Shown here piece by piece: positions 9,885-22,951 of a DNA stretch of 64,000 nt. The notes under the pieces are model-generated. The model saw only the letters and a list, made by a program, of their open reading frames with translations. It ran no database searches and had not been told where the DNA came from. Position 1 is the first letter of the stretch; each line of letters starts with the position of its first letter. The DNA comes from an uncultured Holophagales bacterium (lineage in GTDB: Bacteria > Acidobacteriota > Thermoanaerobaculia > Multivoradales > UBA5704), in assembly GCA_963842525.1 (NCBI GenBank), contig CAWJGT010000009.1, forward strand, positions 800,001-864,000, in the 5' to 3' direction. The translations under genes and the position numbers were made by a program.

Positions 9885-11904
9885 ATGAGCGACTTGGACA
9901 AGACGACTGAGGAGCTGATCCCCTCGATCAACGACTCAGCCAAGCACGTCACCAACATCACCATCACGTTTCTAGCGACCTGTATCTACATCGCGATCGC
10001 AGTGGCCTCGACTCGTAACGAGATGCTGTTGCTGGGGAGCGACATCACGCTGCCTCTGCTCAATGTCAAGGTGCCGCTCCTGCAGTTCTACTGGCTGGCT
10101 CCGTTCCTAATCGCGCTCCTGCACCTGCATCTTCGCCTGCAGGAGTACTTTCTCTTCTGCAAGCTCGAGCCGCTCGAGCTACTTGAACCTTCCTCGATCC
10201 GAAAGGTCGCTCTGCATCTCTTCCCGGCCCTGCCGGTGAACAGCTATCTCGGATACGCGGCCAAGACCTATCGTTCGAGCGTGCGGATCATTCTACGCAT
10301 TCTCCGATATCTGGTCCAGCAAGTCTTGCCTCTCGCCCTCCTCTGTGGAATCCAACTGCGGTTCCTCCCCTATCACTCAACCGCGACAACCGCCGTTCAC
10401 CAGATGCTGGTGATCGCGGATGTCTTGCTGATCTCCTACTATGCACGCAAGCTCTCGCTGCTCCGCAAGGTCCATCCCCCGGCGGATGGACGCATGCTGT
10501 CGCACCTGCGAAACTGGGTGCGACGGATCTTTCTCTCCACAGTTTCGGTGTTCTCGCTCCTCTTAGCCGTCGTCCCGGGGACTTCGATCGAATCGCTGCT
10601 TGGACGACCGCTGCCCTTGGCTCACCGGCTTCCACGCAACCTCTCCCTCTCCGAGAGCCGGTTTCCTGAAGGGATCAACCTAAGAGGGCGTGACCTTCGG
10701 GGCGCTGATTTCACGGAGGCCTACTTGGTCGGAGCCGACCTGCGGGGGGCCGATTTGCGGGATGCCATCCTCGTCCATGCCGATGTGCGTGGGGCAAAGC
10801 TCATGCCTGCTGGCCTTTCGTCGAGCGACAGGAGCCTTCTATCGATCAAAGAAGCTGCCCAAGATATGGAAAGCCACACCCGACTCGACGGTGCCCAACT
10901 CCGTGAGGCCGATCTACGTGGAGCGAATCTGATCCTGGCCAATCTGTCGCACGCTCAGTTTGACGACGCCAACCTCGCTGAGGCCGTGATGATCGGCGCC
11001 ATGATGTCCAATGCCTTGCTTCGCCGCACTGACTTGCGCGGTGCAGAGCCTCTCCCGCAGCCAGCTCGATTTCGCCCAACTCATGGGGGCTGATATGGCC
11101 GGAGCCAGTCTTCCCTTCGCCTCGCTTGTGGGAGCCAATTTGAGAGATGCACGTCTAGAGGGTGCCGATCTGCGCAACGCATTCCTTCAGGGTACGAATT
11201 TTGCGCGCGCCCATTTGGAGGCGGCTTTGTTCGAGACACCCAACAACGAAGCGGCCGATCCTGGGGGGCCGAAGACCACGGGAGCGGATTTCCGTGATGC
11301 TTGGCTTCAGGGGGCTTCAGGGTTGTCTCTGAACGGTTCCAGCCTACGCTTCGCCAGACTCGCCGGCATCGACTTCTGCAAGCCCGCGGTCCTGCTGGCA
11401 CTCACCGACTTGCGGGGGGTCAATTTCGAAGCGCCGGCTAATTGGGACACTATTTGGAAGAGGGTGCCTGCCGGCCCAGCGCTCCAGCGAATCCGGAGAG
11501 CACGCCAACACTTCCAGAAAGAGGGAGCTGCACCCTGCCTGCCGTCGGAGGTTGCTCACCGGCGCCTGCTCTATGACGAGAAGCCTCGTCCCGACCCGAT
11601 AAAAGATTGGCCTCCCTTAAGCGAGGCGGGGGTCGGGGATACCTCTATACCCTGGAATGAAGACACATTCTTCTCCCAACTGGCCGAGTTGCTGACGAAG
11701 GAAGCGTGCACCAACCAAGGCCTTGCCCTAGCGATGGCCCTTCGCGCAATCGAAGGCTACGATCCTGCCGACGATCTCCTCAATTGGTACTTGGCAAAGG
11801 AGCTTCAACAGAACGCAACGAACCCGAGCTGCAAAGCAGTCGCTGAGCTGCCGGAGCTTCACAAGGAGCGGATCGCCGAGAAGGCGGCAGAGACAAGACC
11901 TTAA
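9885..11904 (+). CDS. membrane-anchored pentapeptide-repeat protein, apparent +1 frameshift near 11046
   Basis: N-terminal TM helices followed by A(D/N)LxG repeats that continue in ORF 11011..11904. Deleting one base restores DLRGASLSRSQLDFAQL. Confidence 0.78.
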
Positions 11905-11954
11905 TTCATATCAGGCCTGGGGCAGTTCGTCATATGCCTTGAGGCGAAAGACCG

Positions 11955-12215
11955 ACCTTCAAGTGGACCGCCAGCGGCTTCACCGCCAGAACATGGTTGC
12001 AGAACGCCCGGGAGGCTTTCTCAAGCTCCGCGTTGGTACCCTCCGATCCAGAGTGGGGCACGGCCGGCCTCGGCCGAGATCTGCTCGAGATCCTTGTGGG
12101 TCACGGTCTAAACGGCGAGGCTCGCGATTCGGATCCTCCCTTCGTCCTAGAACTCGTCGAGCCAGTTCAGATCGGCCCGCCTCCCGAACAACTCGCTCCC
12201 GGTGGCCCGCGCCCA
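11955..12215 (-). pseudogene. degraded fragments of a STAND/NB-ARC-like NTPase gene
   Basis: Fragments ATGSELFGRRADLNWLDEF*, HKDLEQISAEAGRA and GTNAELEKASRAFCNHVLAV, with stops and frameshifts. Confidence 0.45.
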
Positions 12216-12452
12216 TTGCGGCCCTTGACCCAGGGGCTGGCACGGATCTGGTATACGCCTTCCCTCCGGAGGTAGAATTCGCTTCTCACTCCTGAGTGTG
12301 GCCGGCTCAAGGTTGGGGGGAATTTGAGTCTCGGGGACTCGGTTTTCTTTCGCGCAGGACCAACAAGCCACTTGGCGTCCCAGGGTCCGGCACCGTGGCG
12401 GATCGGCGCGTGCCGCTCCCTCCCGGAAGTCCAGAGGGACAGGAGAACTGAA

Positions 12453-15035
<2,583 letters not shown>

Positions 15036-15061
15036 TCGGGCAGAGCTACTCCAGACACACC

Positions 15062-15094
15062 AACGGCCGGCGCCTCACAGCGCCGGCCGTTTTT
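15062..15094 (+). terminator. rho-independent terminator
   Basis: AACGGCCGGCGC-loop-GCGCCGGCCGTT followed by a T run, just after lon. Confidence 0.8.
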
Positions 15095-15135
15095 GTATGG
15101 AACGTGGGCTCTCACCACGGAAGCTTGCTCTTGCG

Positions 15136-15190
15136 TTCCCCCTCTCCCGGTCGGGGGGAGAGCGATGGGAGAGGGGGCCAGGGGGTGAGG
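15136..15190. repeat. palindromic repeat element (reverse orientation, intergenic)
   Basis: TTCCCCCTCTCCCGG...GATGGGAGAGGGGGCCAGGGGGTGAGG. Confidence 0.8.
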
Positions 15191-15191
15191 T

Positions 15192-15920
15192 TTACATGTT
15201 CCAGGAGATCCCGAACGCGTACTCCCGGCCCGACAGGTCGATCTCCCCCCCGAAGCTCTCGAAGTCGCCGCTCAAATCATCCTTGGCTGTCGTCCAGCGC
15301 CCCTCCGCATAGAGCGACACCCGATCCGTGATCGGCGCCTCCAGGCCGGCCATCCAGTAGTGGCCGAAAGCGACTCCGTCCGACTCCAGACGGGCCGAGA
15401 AGACCTCGTCCGGATTGGGACCGAAGTCGATGAAGTCGCCGTCCTCCTCCAGAGTCCAGAAGTAAGCGCCACCGCCGAATCCCAGATACGGATTGATCAC
15501 CCCGTCCGGGGAGAACTGGAAGACCACGCCGACAGTCGCCGAGGCGATGCCGAACGTGGTGTCGTGCTGGATGCGGTCGCCGAAGTTGTCGAGGAAGCCC
15601 CGGTAGGACTGGGTGTTGTCCCCCTCGTAGACGCTGCCCGAGAAGAGCAGGCCGGTACGGCGGTTGAGGCTCAGCAGGTAGTCGGCGCCGAAGGAGACGT
15701 TCTCGAAATCGTCGACGTCACCGGTGAAGTCGAGCTCCTTGTCGAACCAATACTCCGAATCCCCTTCCGGCAGGAACGATCCCAGCCGCAGGCGGAAAGC
15801 CGCGTCGCGGTCGCCGACCCCGCGGCTGCGGTACGACTGTCCCCAGGCCGGCGCTACAGCAGCAAGCAGGCCCATCAATACGATCGTCATGCGTAGAGTT
15901 CTTGCCGTTCTCATTGTCAT
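15192..15920 (-). CDS. outer membrane beta-barrel protein
   Basis: Signal peptide, amphipathic beta strands (INPYLGFGGG), aromatic-rich C-terminus. Confidence 0.75.
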   Translation of the reverse strand: MTMRTARTLRMTIVLMGLLAAVAPAWGQSYRSRGVGDRDAAFRLRLGSFLPEGDSEYWFDKELDFTGDVDDFENVSFGADYLLSLNRRTGLLFSGSVYEGDNTQSYRGFLDNFGDRIQHDTTFGIASATVGVVFQFSPDGVINPYLGFGGGAYFWTLEEDGDFIDFGPNPDEVFSARLESDGVAFGHYWMAGLEAPITDRVSLYAEGRWTTAKDDLSGDFESFGGEIDLSGREYAFGISWNM

Positions 15921-16111
15921 CTCCTCTAAGAGCCCAATGCTCTACATGGCGCTTTGAGCAACGAGGATGCCAGGACCGGGAATAATTCCGGCTGAGCTGC
16001 CAAGTATCTTTTTTTTCAGAAGGATGGACCGAAGGGCTGGCGCCGGTGACCCGAGGGAGGAGTCGCGAAGTGACCTCTCCAGAGGACGGCGTCCTCCTCG
16101 ATTCGCACAGC

Positions 16112-17695
16112 CTACGGGCGGTTCGGGGCCAGCACGGCGTGACGGCCGTTCCTGGTGCTCAGCGCACTCAACAGCGAGCCTGCCAGCGTCAAAACGACGC
16201 CCCAGAGCACGGCGCTTTCCAAACCCAGCCCCATCCTGGAAACGACGATCGCAAGAGCACCGGCGCCGGCCAGATAAAACCCGCTCATTCGACGCGTCGA
16301 GCGCCCTCGGAGCCAGACGCTGGCAAGGTTGATCAGTAGCACGGCGACGAGCACCGGCTGCAGCCACGGAGAGTACGGAATCTGCTCCAGGCCTGCGATG
16401 CCGAACATGCTCAGATATGCGGCCCAACAGATCGGGCACTTCGGGAAGAACGCCACGCCGAGGGACGCGAGCGTGCCGAGCAACGGCGAGGCTGCCTTGG
16501 GGCGGGCCGGAGGGTCTGCTCGCTCCGGAGCACTTTTCTCCTTCAGCACCTCGATGGCGCGATCCACAAGCTGCTGCTCATCCCAGTGGATGCGTTCGAA
16601 GGATGCAGCGATCCGGCCCTCGGCATCAAGGATGTAGGCCTCGATGCGGTGCCGGTTCACCAGCGACTCGATGAAGTTGACTCCGAGCTTGAAGTGGCTG
16701 CGCAGTGCGCCGATACCATCGGTCGCTCTCAGTATTCGATGACAGGCGTCCATGTGGACGCCACGGCCCTGCCCATAGCGGCGAAGACGTTCGGGGAGGT
16801 CGTACGTGGGATCGTAGGTGATCGCCGCTGTGTGGATCTGGTCGGCCAGCCCCTGTTCCTCCAATAGCTTCTGGACCCGTGCCAGCTTCGTGACCGTGAG
16901 CGAGCACTTCAGCGGGTTGTCACAGCGGGTGTAGAAAAAGACGACGATGGAAGGATGCCCTCGGAAGAAATCCTTGAAGATGATCGACGCACCCTCGTGA
17001 TCCTCGAAAACGGTCGCCTCGATCGGCTCACAGCCGCGGCGGGAGCCGAGCGCCCATGAAAACGTATTGCTGAGACCGCCCGGCAGCGTACAGCACGAGC
17101 CGGCGCCGAGCTCATCCACTTGATCGCCGCCGCGGATTGCCTCCACGGCCCGGTCTACATCCACCAGCAGCTTCCTGGAGAGCCCTCCAGGTTGTGCGCG
17201 CAGCGACTGGACCTCAGGCAAGACTTCCCGTGCGTGCGGACCGAGCCATGCCAGCGTCGCGAGCAATTCACGAACAGGGCTCGTGCCGGTGGACGAGACG
17301 GCGTATTCACCATACGTCTCGAAGGCCACCGGCTCGTCGTGATAGCGGATGTTGTTGAGCGCGCGCATCACGAAGGGAGCGAACGCCACGGCAGGATTTG
17401 GATAGGACCGCAATGCGCGCGCGGCTGCGGCGACAAGATACGCATCAACTCCGGCGTCGAGCTCTTCGAGCACGAAGAGGAGAGCGGCGTCCGAGAGCCC
17501 GGCGCGCGCCAGGGCGAGCAGGACCCAGCCGCGCATTCGGACGGTCGTTGCTGTGCCGCGCTGGTCGTAGAGCGGATGATCTTCGCGCAACAGGTCTGTC
17601 AGTTGCTCGCGTCGATCCGGATCCGCGGCGAGCGCGTCAACCAGTGCCGCAAACTGCGCCTCTGACTGCGCGCCCGTCGCTGCTACGTCCTTCAT
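16112..17695 (-). CDS. HEAT-repeat / SCO-like / MerC-like membrane domain fusion protein
   Basis: SCO-like FFYTRCDNPLKC and ITYDP..D motifs; C-terminal TM region with PKCPICWAAY. Confidence 0.75.
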   Translation of the reverse strand: MKDVAATGAQSEAQFAALVDALAADPDRREQLTDLLREDHPLYDQRGTATTVRMRGWVLLALARAGLSDAALLFVLEELDAGVDAYLVAAAARALRSYPNPAVAFAPFVMRALNNIRYHDEPVAFETYGEYAVSSTGTSPVRELLATLAWLGPHAREVLPEVQSLRAQPGGLSRKLLVDVDRAVEAIRGGDQVDELGAGSCCTLPGGLSNTFSWALGSRRGCEPIEATVFEDHEGASIIFKDFFRGHPSIVVFFYTRCDNPLKCSLTVTKLARVQKLLEEQGLADQIHTAAITYDPTYDLPERLRRYGQGRGVHMDACHRILRATDGIGALRSHFKLGVNFIESLVNRHRIEAYILDAEGRIAASFERIHWDEQQLVDRAIEVLKEKSAPERADPPARPKAASPLLGTLASLGVAFFPKCPICWAAYLSMFGIAGLEQIPYSPWLQPVLVAVLLINLASVWLRGRSTRRMSGFYLAGAGALAIVVSRMGLGLESAVLWGVVLTLAGSLLSALSTRNGRHAVLAPNRP

Positions 17696-17706
17696 GGATC
17701 GCCAGC

Positions 17707-18552
17707 TTACCGGCCGTACTTGCTGAGGAACCGGCGAGCGCCCTGTTTGACCTTCGTCGAAGCTTCGCCCTTCAGGCGATCGACGCGCTTCAGCAACGCC
17801 TCGTCCTTGGCAACCGCTTCGTCGTCGCCGAACTGTGTGAGCGCTGTCAGGCTCATCGCTTGAACCTCGTCCTGCTCCGACGTGTCGAGCAGGATTTCGC
17901 GCGCATGCGCCTGAAGCTTCTCCGGCTTGAGAGCATGCAGCGCGGAGGCCGAGATCTGCCGGATCTCGGGCGATTCGTCTTTGTCGAGCAAGATCTTCTC
18001 GAACATCGGCGCGGCGGTGGCGTCCGCCGCGAGCAATCGCAAGGCCTCTCGCCTGGCGGTGGCGTTGGGTGGCTTGCTGACGATCTCACGCGCGACCGGA
18101 TAGGCGTCCGCGTGGATGTCATAGCTGAGGAGCTGCAGTGCCTTCTCGGGCGGGACCAACGCTTTTTCCGGGTTCTGCAGCCCCTCGAGGAGTTTCTTCT
18201 GCGCGAAGCCGTCGTTCTCCCGGGCGAGGATGCCGAGCACGCGCTGACGCAGTTCCGGATCCGGGTCTTTCACGATCTCTCGTAAGGTCGCGATGTAGTC
18301 GCCGCGGCACGATTCGAACACAAGGACGCTGAAGCTCGCCGCCTGGAGCGCTTGCAACGCCGCAAGCCGCACCTCCACGGGCTCGTCCTGATTGCGCAGG
18401 ACACCCAGTGTCGCCTGGAGGTTCTCGTCGTTCTCACACACGGCCAGGGGCGCTTCCACCATGGCCGCGACTCGTTCCTTGACAGACCTCCCTGCACTTG
18501 TCGGCTTGCGTGCCGGTTTCGAGCTCTTTACAGCTTTACGTTTCGTGGCCAT
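17707..18552 (-). CDS. HEAT-repeat protein
   Basis: Repeated DxxPEVRxxAxxAL-type helices. Confidence 0.75.
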   Translation of the reverse strand: MATKRKAVKSSKPARKPTSAGRSVKERVAAMVEAPLAVCENDENLQATLGVLRNQDEPVEVRLAALQALQAASFSVLVFESCRGDYIATLREIVKDPDPELRQRVLGILARENDGFAQKKLLEGLQNPEKALVPPEKALQLLSYDIHADAYPVAREIVSKPPNATARREALRLLAADATAAPMFEKILLDKDESPEIRQISASALHALKPEKLQAHAREILLDTSEQDEVQAMSLTALTQFGDDEAVAKDEALLKRVDRLKGEASTKVKQGARRFLSKYGR

Positions 18553-18578
18553 GGTGCAATCTCCTCGTGCAAGGCACG

Positions 18579-19811
18579 TCAGGCAAATGCCACATCATCG
18601 TAGTCGAATCCCAGGCGGGAGACGGCGCTCACGGAGCCTTGGAAATCCAGGCAGTCCCGCACTCGCGGTTGTGGCCCCGGCGCAGTGGCGCCTGGCGACG
18701 CGGCCATCGCGCCGCCGGGGGCCGTCGGAGGACGTGTGCCTCCGGTCAGACCGTTCCATGGCCACATCGTGTCGGGCAGGTTGTGTCCGAGCCGGCTTGG
18801 GGGGGTGGTGCTGTCGTAGGAGGCCGCCAGCGCCGGATTGAAGCGGCCATTCTGTCGCTGCCACTTCGCCCAGAGCCGATCGACGTTGCAGTGAAGCAGG
18901 AAGAACAGCGGATCTCGCGCGGCGGTCGGAATACTGGAGATGGAGCCGCCGAAGCTGACGTGTGCTGATCCGTGCGGGTTGCCTTCCAGGGTCCGGAACA
19001 ATCTGTATTGAGTGCCGAGAGCCAGCGTCTGCGCCTCGGTCCGGAGGCCGGGCGGTGCCACGGTGGTGCTGAAGAAGGGCCGGCGGTTGATCCCCTGAAC
19101 GCCGTCGGTCCGCCAGAACTGCAGCGGGTTGGTGGCGCTGAACTGGACGGTGCCGATCGAATCGGAGACGCCGAGGAACTCGCGCCTGAAGATATTTGGC
19201 GCGGCCTGGTCGAAGCGCCAGTAAGGCAGCGACACGCTCGGGTCGATCGCTTGCAACTCGCGCTCGAGGTCGAGCAGATAGGCGCGGTGCCAGGGCAGAA
19301 ACCCCGGCGCGCCATGGGCCTGCGGCGAGCTCACGGACGTATGCATCTCGCGGAAGTCCACGAAACGACCCAGACCCTGGTTGTTGAGCTGCGCCAACGC
19401 CGCCACGAAGCGGTCGCGCTCTCCGGGCGTCAGTGCGTTGGCGTTCTTCCGGACGCGCACCATCACCTGGACCGAGCCGACCAGGGTGGTTCCAACGCGG
19501 GCTTCGATTCTCACGTCTCCGTTGTTGACGCTGGGACGCCCGAACCTGCCGGCACCGAAGAACGGAACGGAGGCGCCGGTAATTGGGATCGGCACTGTCA
19601 CATTATTGGAAAACGATCCCGTCGCGGTCCTGCGGAACACGACCGCGCCAGCGCTCGCCGCCGAGACCCCGGTGATCTGCACGTTGACAACAGGCGAGGT
19701 GGCGCCGGACGGGTTGGTCATGCGGATCCGGCATGGAGACGGAGCCCACGAGACGAAGCGCGCTGCGGGGCTCGTGCTGTTGTTGATCTGCAACTCGACA
19801 TTCATGATCAT
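18579..19811 (-). CDS. tyrosinase family protein with N-terminal beta-rich domain
   Basis: CuA (H..AHGAPGFLPWHR) and CuB (PHGSAH...DPLFFLLHCNVDRLW) motifs. Confidence 0.9.
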   Translation of the reverse strand: MIMNVELQINNSTSPAARFVSWAPSPCRIRMTNPSGATSPVVNVQITGVSAASAGAVVFRRTATGSFSNNVTVPIPITGASVPFFGAGRFGRPSVNNGDVRIEARVGTTLVGSVQVMVRVRKNANALTPGERDRFVAALAQLNNQGLGRFVDFREMHTSVSSPQAHGAPGFLPWHRAYLLDLERELQAIDPSVSLPYWRFDQAAPNIFRREFLGVSDSIGTVQFSATNPLQFWRTDGVQGINRRPFFSTTVAPPGLRTEAQTLALGTQYRLFRTLEGNPHGSAHVSFGGSISSIPTAARDPLFFLLHCNVDRLWAKWQRQNGRFNPALAASYDSTTPPSRLGHNLPDTMWPWNGLTGGTRPPTAPGGAMAASPGATAPGPQPRVRDCLDFQGSVSAVSRLGFDYDDVAFA

Positions 19812-20065
19812 GCCCTCCTATCCGCTGTTGCTGTAAGGGGATCCGCGTCGGCGCGAGCGGCGAAATCTACCTCAGCAGGCCTCAGCAGGCCCTGTCCAGT
19901 GAGACCAAACCTTTGCTATACGGGTCGATATGTGCATGTTGGCTTTGTGTTTTAGGCTATACAAATACTAGCAGGCCAGGAAAGAAGAGGTCAAGCTCTT
20001 GGGGACGCGACTGATACTGAAGCGCCCTGGCCCCTCTGGCTGTTGTTCGGAGGTATGATCGACGC

Positions 20066-21397
20066 ATGGGCTGCCGCGCCTTCCTGCCCGGCCTCGTCGC
20101 ATTGGGCCTGACCCTGGTTTCGGCTGGTGGTTCCGTCGAGGCCAAGGGTCCCTCGGAGGACCGGCGGGTGGACTGGTTGCGCAACGAGGCCATCGCGCTG
20201 CGTTCGATCGAGCCCGGCGACGAAAACTTCTCGGACCTCGAGCCGCTACGCTCCCTGCTCGCCAACAAGCGGGTCGTCGTCCTGGGGGAAGCCACCCACG
20301 GCGACGGTGCCACGTTCCTTGCCAAGAGCCGCCTCATCCGCTTCCTGCACCGGGAGCTGGGTTTCGACGTGCTCGCCTTCGAGAGCGGCTTCTACGATTG
20401 CTGGAAGGCCTGGCAGCGGATCGAGGCCGGAGATGACCCGGCGGCGGCGTTCCGTCAGTCCGTCTTCCCGATCTGGACGCGGAGCGCTCAGGTGCAACCC
20501 CTGATCGCCTATTTCGCGGCGACGGCCCGCTCGCAGCGGCCCCTGGAGCTGGCCGGAATCGACTCCCAGTTCACCGGCGAGATGTCCCACCGTTTCCTGC
20601 TCAGCGACCTGGTGCGGGTCGCCGAGGCCGCGGGACTGCCGGGGGACAAGTGGGCTGCACGGGTCTCCGAGCCCCTGGCCAATCTCGTCGAGGGTCGCTA
20701 CGAGAACGGCGAGATCCCGCCGCCGGCGGCCCGCGCCGAGCTTCTCCAGGCGCTCGACGAGCTCGCCCGGCGCCTGCGCGAGAGCGGAGGCGGCATTCCC
20801 GACCAGGGCTTCTGGCTGCGCTTCCTCGAGAACACCCGCCAGCTCGCCACGACGTCGTGGTCCTTCGACTGGAAACGGCCGGTGCTGGAAAATCCGGAAA
20901 ACCACGCGGTCCGGGATCGCCTCATGGGAGAGACCCTGGCGTGGCTGGCCCGGCACCGCTTCGCCGGCCGCAAGATCGTGGTCTGGGCAGCGAGCGGCCA
21001 TGCCGCCCGGGAGGTCGCCGGGATCGATGTCCCGTCGGCGGTCCACACCCGGCTTTACCGCACCTTGCAACCGATGGGCGCCGTGGCCCGAGGCGAGTTG
21101 GGGGAGGATCTGTACACCGTCGCGGTTCTCGCCTACCAGGGCAGGTACGGCTCGGTCCCCCAGCGCCAGCCTATCGAGCTCCTGCAACCGAGCGCCGGCT
21201 CCCTGGAGGATCTCTTCCACCGCACCGGCCTGCCGTACGCCTTTCTCGATCTCAGCCGGACCCGCCGCCTGCCCGGATGGCTTCGGGAACCTCTGATCGC
21301 CCGCCCGATCGGGTACAAGGAGATGAAGGCCCGATGGGGACGGGTGTTTGACGCCATCCTCTTTCTCGACCGGATGGCGGTGAGCGAGCGGCCGTAG
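20066..21397 (+). CDS. erythromycin esterase family protein (secreted)
   Basis: VVVLGEATHG, LAFES, RDRLM, KIVVWAASGH, FDAILF motifs; signal peptide. Confidence 0.85.
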   Translation: MGCRAFLPGLVALGLTLVSAGGSVEAKGPSEDRRVDWLRNEAIALRSIEPGDENFSDLEPLRSLLANKRVVVLGEATHGDGATFLAKSRLIRFLHRELGFDVLAFESGFYDCWKAWQRIEAGDDPAAAFRQSVFPIWTRSAQVQPLIAYFAATARSQRPLELAGIDSQFTGEMSHRFLLSDLVRVAEAAGLPGDKWAARVSEPLANLVEGRYENGEIPPPAARAELLQALDELARRLRESGGGIPDQGFWLRFLENTRQLATTSWSFDWKRPVLENPENHAVRDRLMGETLAWLARHRFAGRKIVVWAASGHAAREVAGIDVPSAVHTRLYRTLQPMGAVARGELGEDLYTVAVLAYQGRYGSVPQRQPIELLQPSAGSLEDLFHRTGLPYAFLDLSRTRRLPGWLREPLIARPIGYKEMKARWGRVFDAILFLDRMAVSERP

Positions 21398-21446
21398 CCT
21401 GGATTCATCACGGCTGCTCTTTTCGGCTGGACGGGGACGATATGAT

Positions 21447-21950
21447 GTGTGGATGTCCTATCTGCGCCCATCCGCCGGTCAGGGGACCAAGCTCGCGATC
21501 TGCGTCCAGGGGATTCAGTGGGGATCAGCCATCGAGGTCTATTTCAAGACCGGCGACGTGGAGGAACAACCGGAATGGGCTGCCGAGCTCGATCGAATGC
21601 GGGCAGCACTTTCCAGAGATGAGAACCAGCCTGGCGAGACGCCAGCCATGGTGAGAAAGAGGCTCGACGAGCTGCGCTTGCGCGTTGAGCTCCCGGCACA
21701 CTGGCTCTTCGATCAGCGACTCCCTGGATGGCGCTCGCGTAGCACCGGGCAGGGCCAACTTGCCGAGATCCATGACTACGCTGAGATGTTGCGGAGCTGC
21801 GCCGGCGATCTGCTGAGTGGTGACTTGAGCGCATTGCCAGGCCTGTTCGCCGGCTATGCCCAACATCGTCGCCAACAGGACATCCGCGATCGCCAGGAGT
21901 TTTCGGATCGGTTAGCCCAGGACATTGACCGGGTGTCCGGCGTCAACTAG
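21447..21950 (+). CDS. hypothetical protein, 3' end replaced by the IS21 terminal repeat
   Basis: 167-aa ORF whose last codons and stop lie inside the IS21 end (from 21934). Confidence 0.35.
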   Translation: MWMSYLRPSAGQGTKLAICVQGIQWGSAIEVYFKTGDVEEQPEWAAELDRMRAALSRDENQPGETPAMVRKRLDELRLRVELPAHWLFDQRLPGWRSRSTGQGQLAEIHDYAEMLRSCAGDLLSGDLSALPGLFAGYAQHRRQQDIRDRQEFSDRLAQDIDRVSGVN

Positions 21951-22174
21951 ATTTGAGGGTCGGCGACAATTAGAACTGCGGGATCCTCCTCCAGTTCGTG
22001 TCAACACTCCTACGGGGGGCGGGGGGGCTTCTTTTAGGGGGCCAGGTGGGGGCTGGTCGGCTTTTGACCTCCTTCCGGGGGCAGGGACTTAGCAGGGAAG
22101 GATGCCCGCAGCTGCGGGCATCCTTCAGCGATTGCAATTATGCGCCGTAACATGGCCTATCCAAGCTCCGGAGC

Positions 22175-22951
22175 TCATGCCCCGCGGGCCCCCTTGGCTC
22201 CTGCAGCTCTCTCCTTGGCCGCCTGCGCCCGGTAGCTCTCGATGCTCAGCTCCAGGATCACCGAATGATGGACGATCCGATCCACCGCGGCCGCCGTCGT
22301 CATCGGGTCCTTGAAGATCTGCTCCCACTTGCTGAACACCAGGTTGCTGGTGATCAGCACCGAGCGCCTCTCGTACCGCTCGGCGATCAGGGTAAACAGA
22401 ACCTCCATCTCCTCGCGGCTTTGCTCGACGTAGCCGAGGTCGTCCAGGATCAGGGCTTCGAATCGGTCCAGCCGCTTCAGCTCGGCCGCCAGACGCAGAT
22501 CCCGCTTCGCGGCCAGAAGCCGCTGGACGATCTGATACGTCGGGGAAAACAGCACCGTCCGGCCCCCGCGCACCAGCTCCTGGCCCAGACCGCAGACCAG
22601 GTGCGACTTGCCCGTCCCAGGGTTGCCAAACACGATCAGATTGGTGGCTTGGTCCAGAAACGAGCCGTCCTGAAGAGCGGCCAGGGCCGCCCTGGCCTTG
22701 GGCGGAAGCCGGCCTACCTCGAAGCCCGCCAGGCTCTTTTCCCGCGGCAGCCTGGACTCCTGAAGCAGTCTCTCGACCCGGCGCTCGCACCGTTCGCTGG
22801 CCTCTTGCTCGGCAAGGGCCAGAAGATACCCCTCGTGGGTGAGCCCCCCACGCACCGCCTGAGCGGCCACCGTCGCGTACTCCCGGGCGAAGGTCGGCAG
22901 GCACAACGACTTCAGCAGCAGCGGCAACCCCGCCTCGCTGGCCGGCTTCAC
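22175..22951 (-). CDS. istB: IS21 helper ATPase
   Basis: GNPGTGKSH Walker A, LILDDLGY, ITSN, AAVDRIVHH. Confidence 0.93.
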   Translation of the reverse strand: MKPASEAGLPLLLKSLCLPTFAREYATVAAQAVRGGLTHEGYLLALAEQEASERCERRVERLLQESRLPREKSLAGFEVGRLPPKARAALAALQDGSFLDQATNLIVFGNPGTGKSHLVCGLGQELVRGGRTVLFSPTYQIVQRLLAAKRDLRLAAELKRLDRFEALILDDLGYVEQSREEMEVLFTLIAERYERRSVLITSNLVFSKWEQIFKDPMTTAAAVDRIVHHSVILELSIESYRAQAAKERAAGAKGARGA

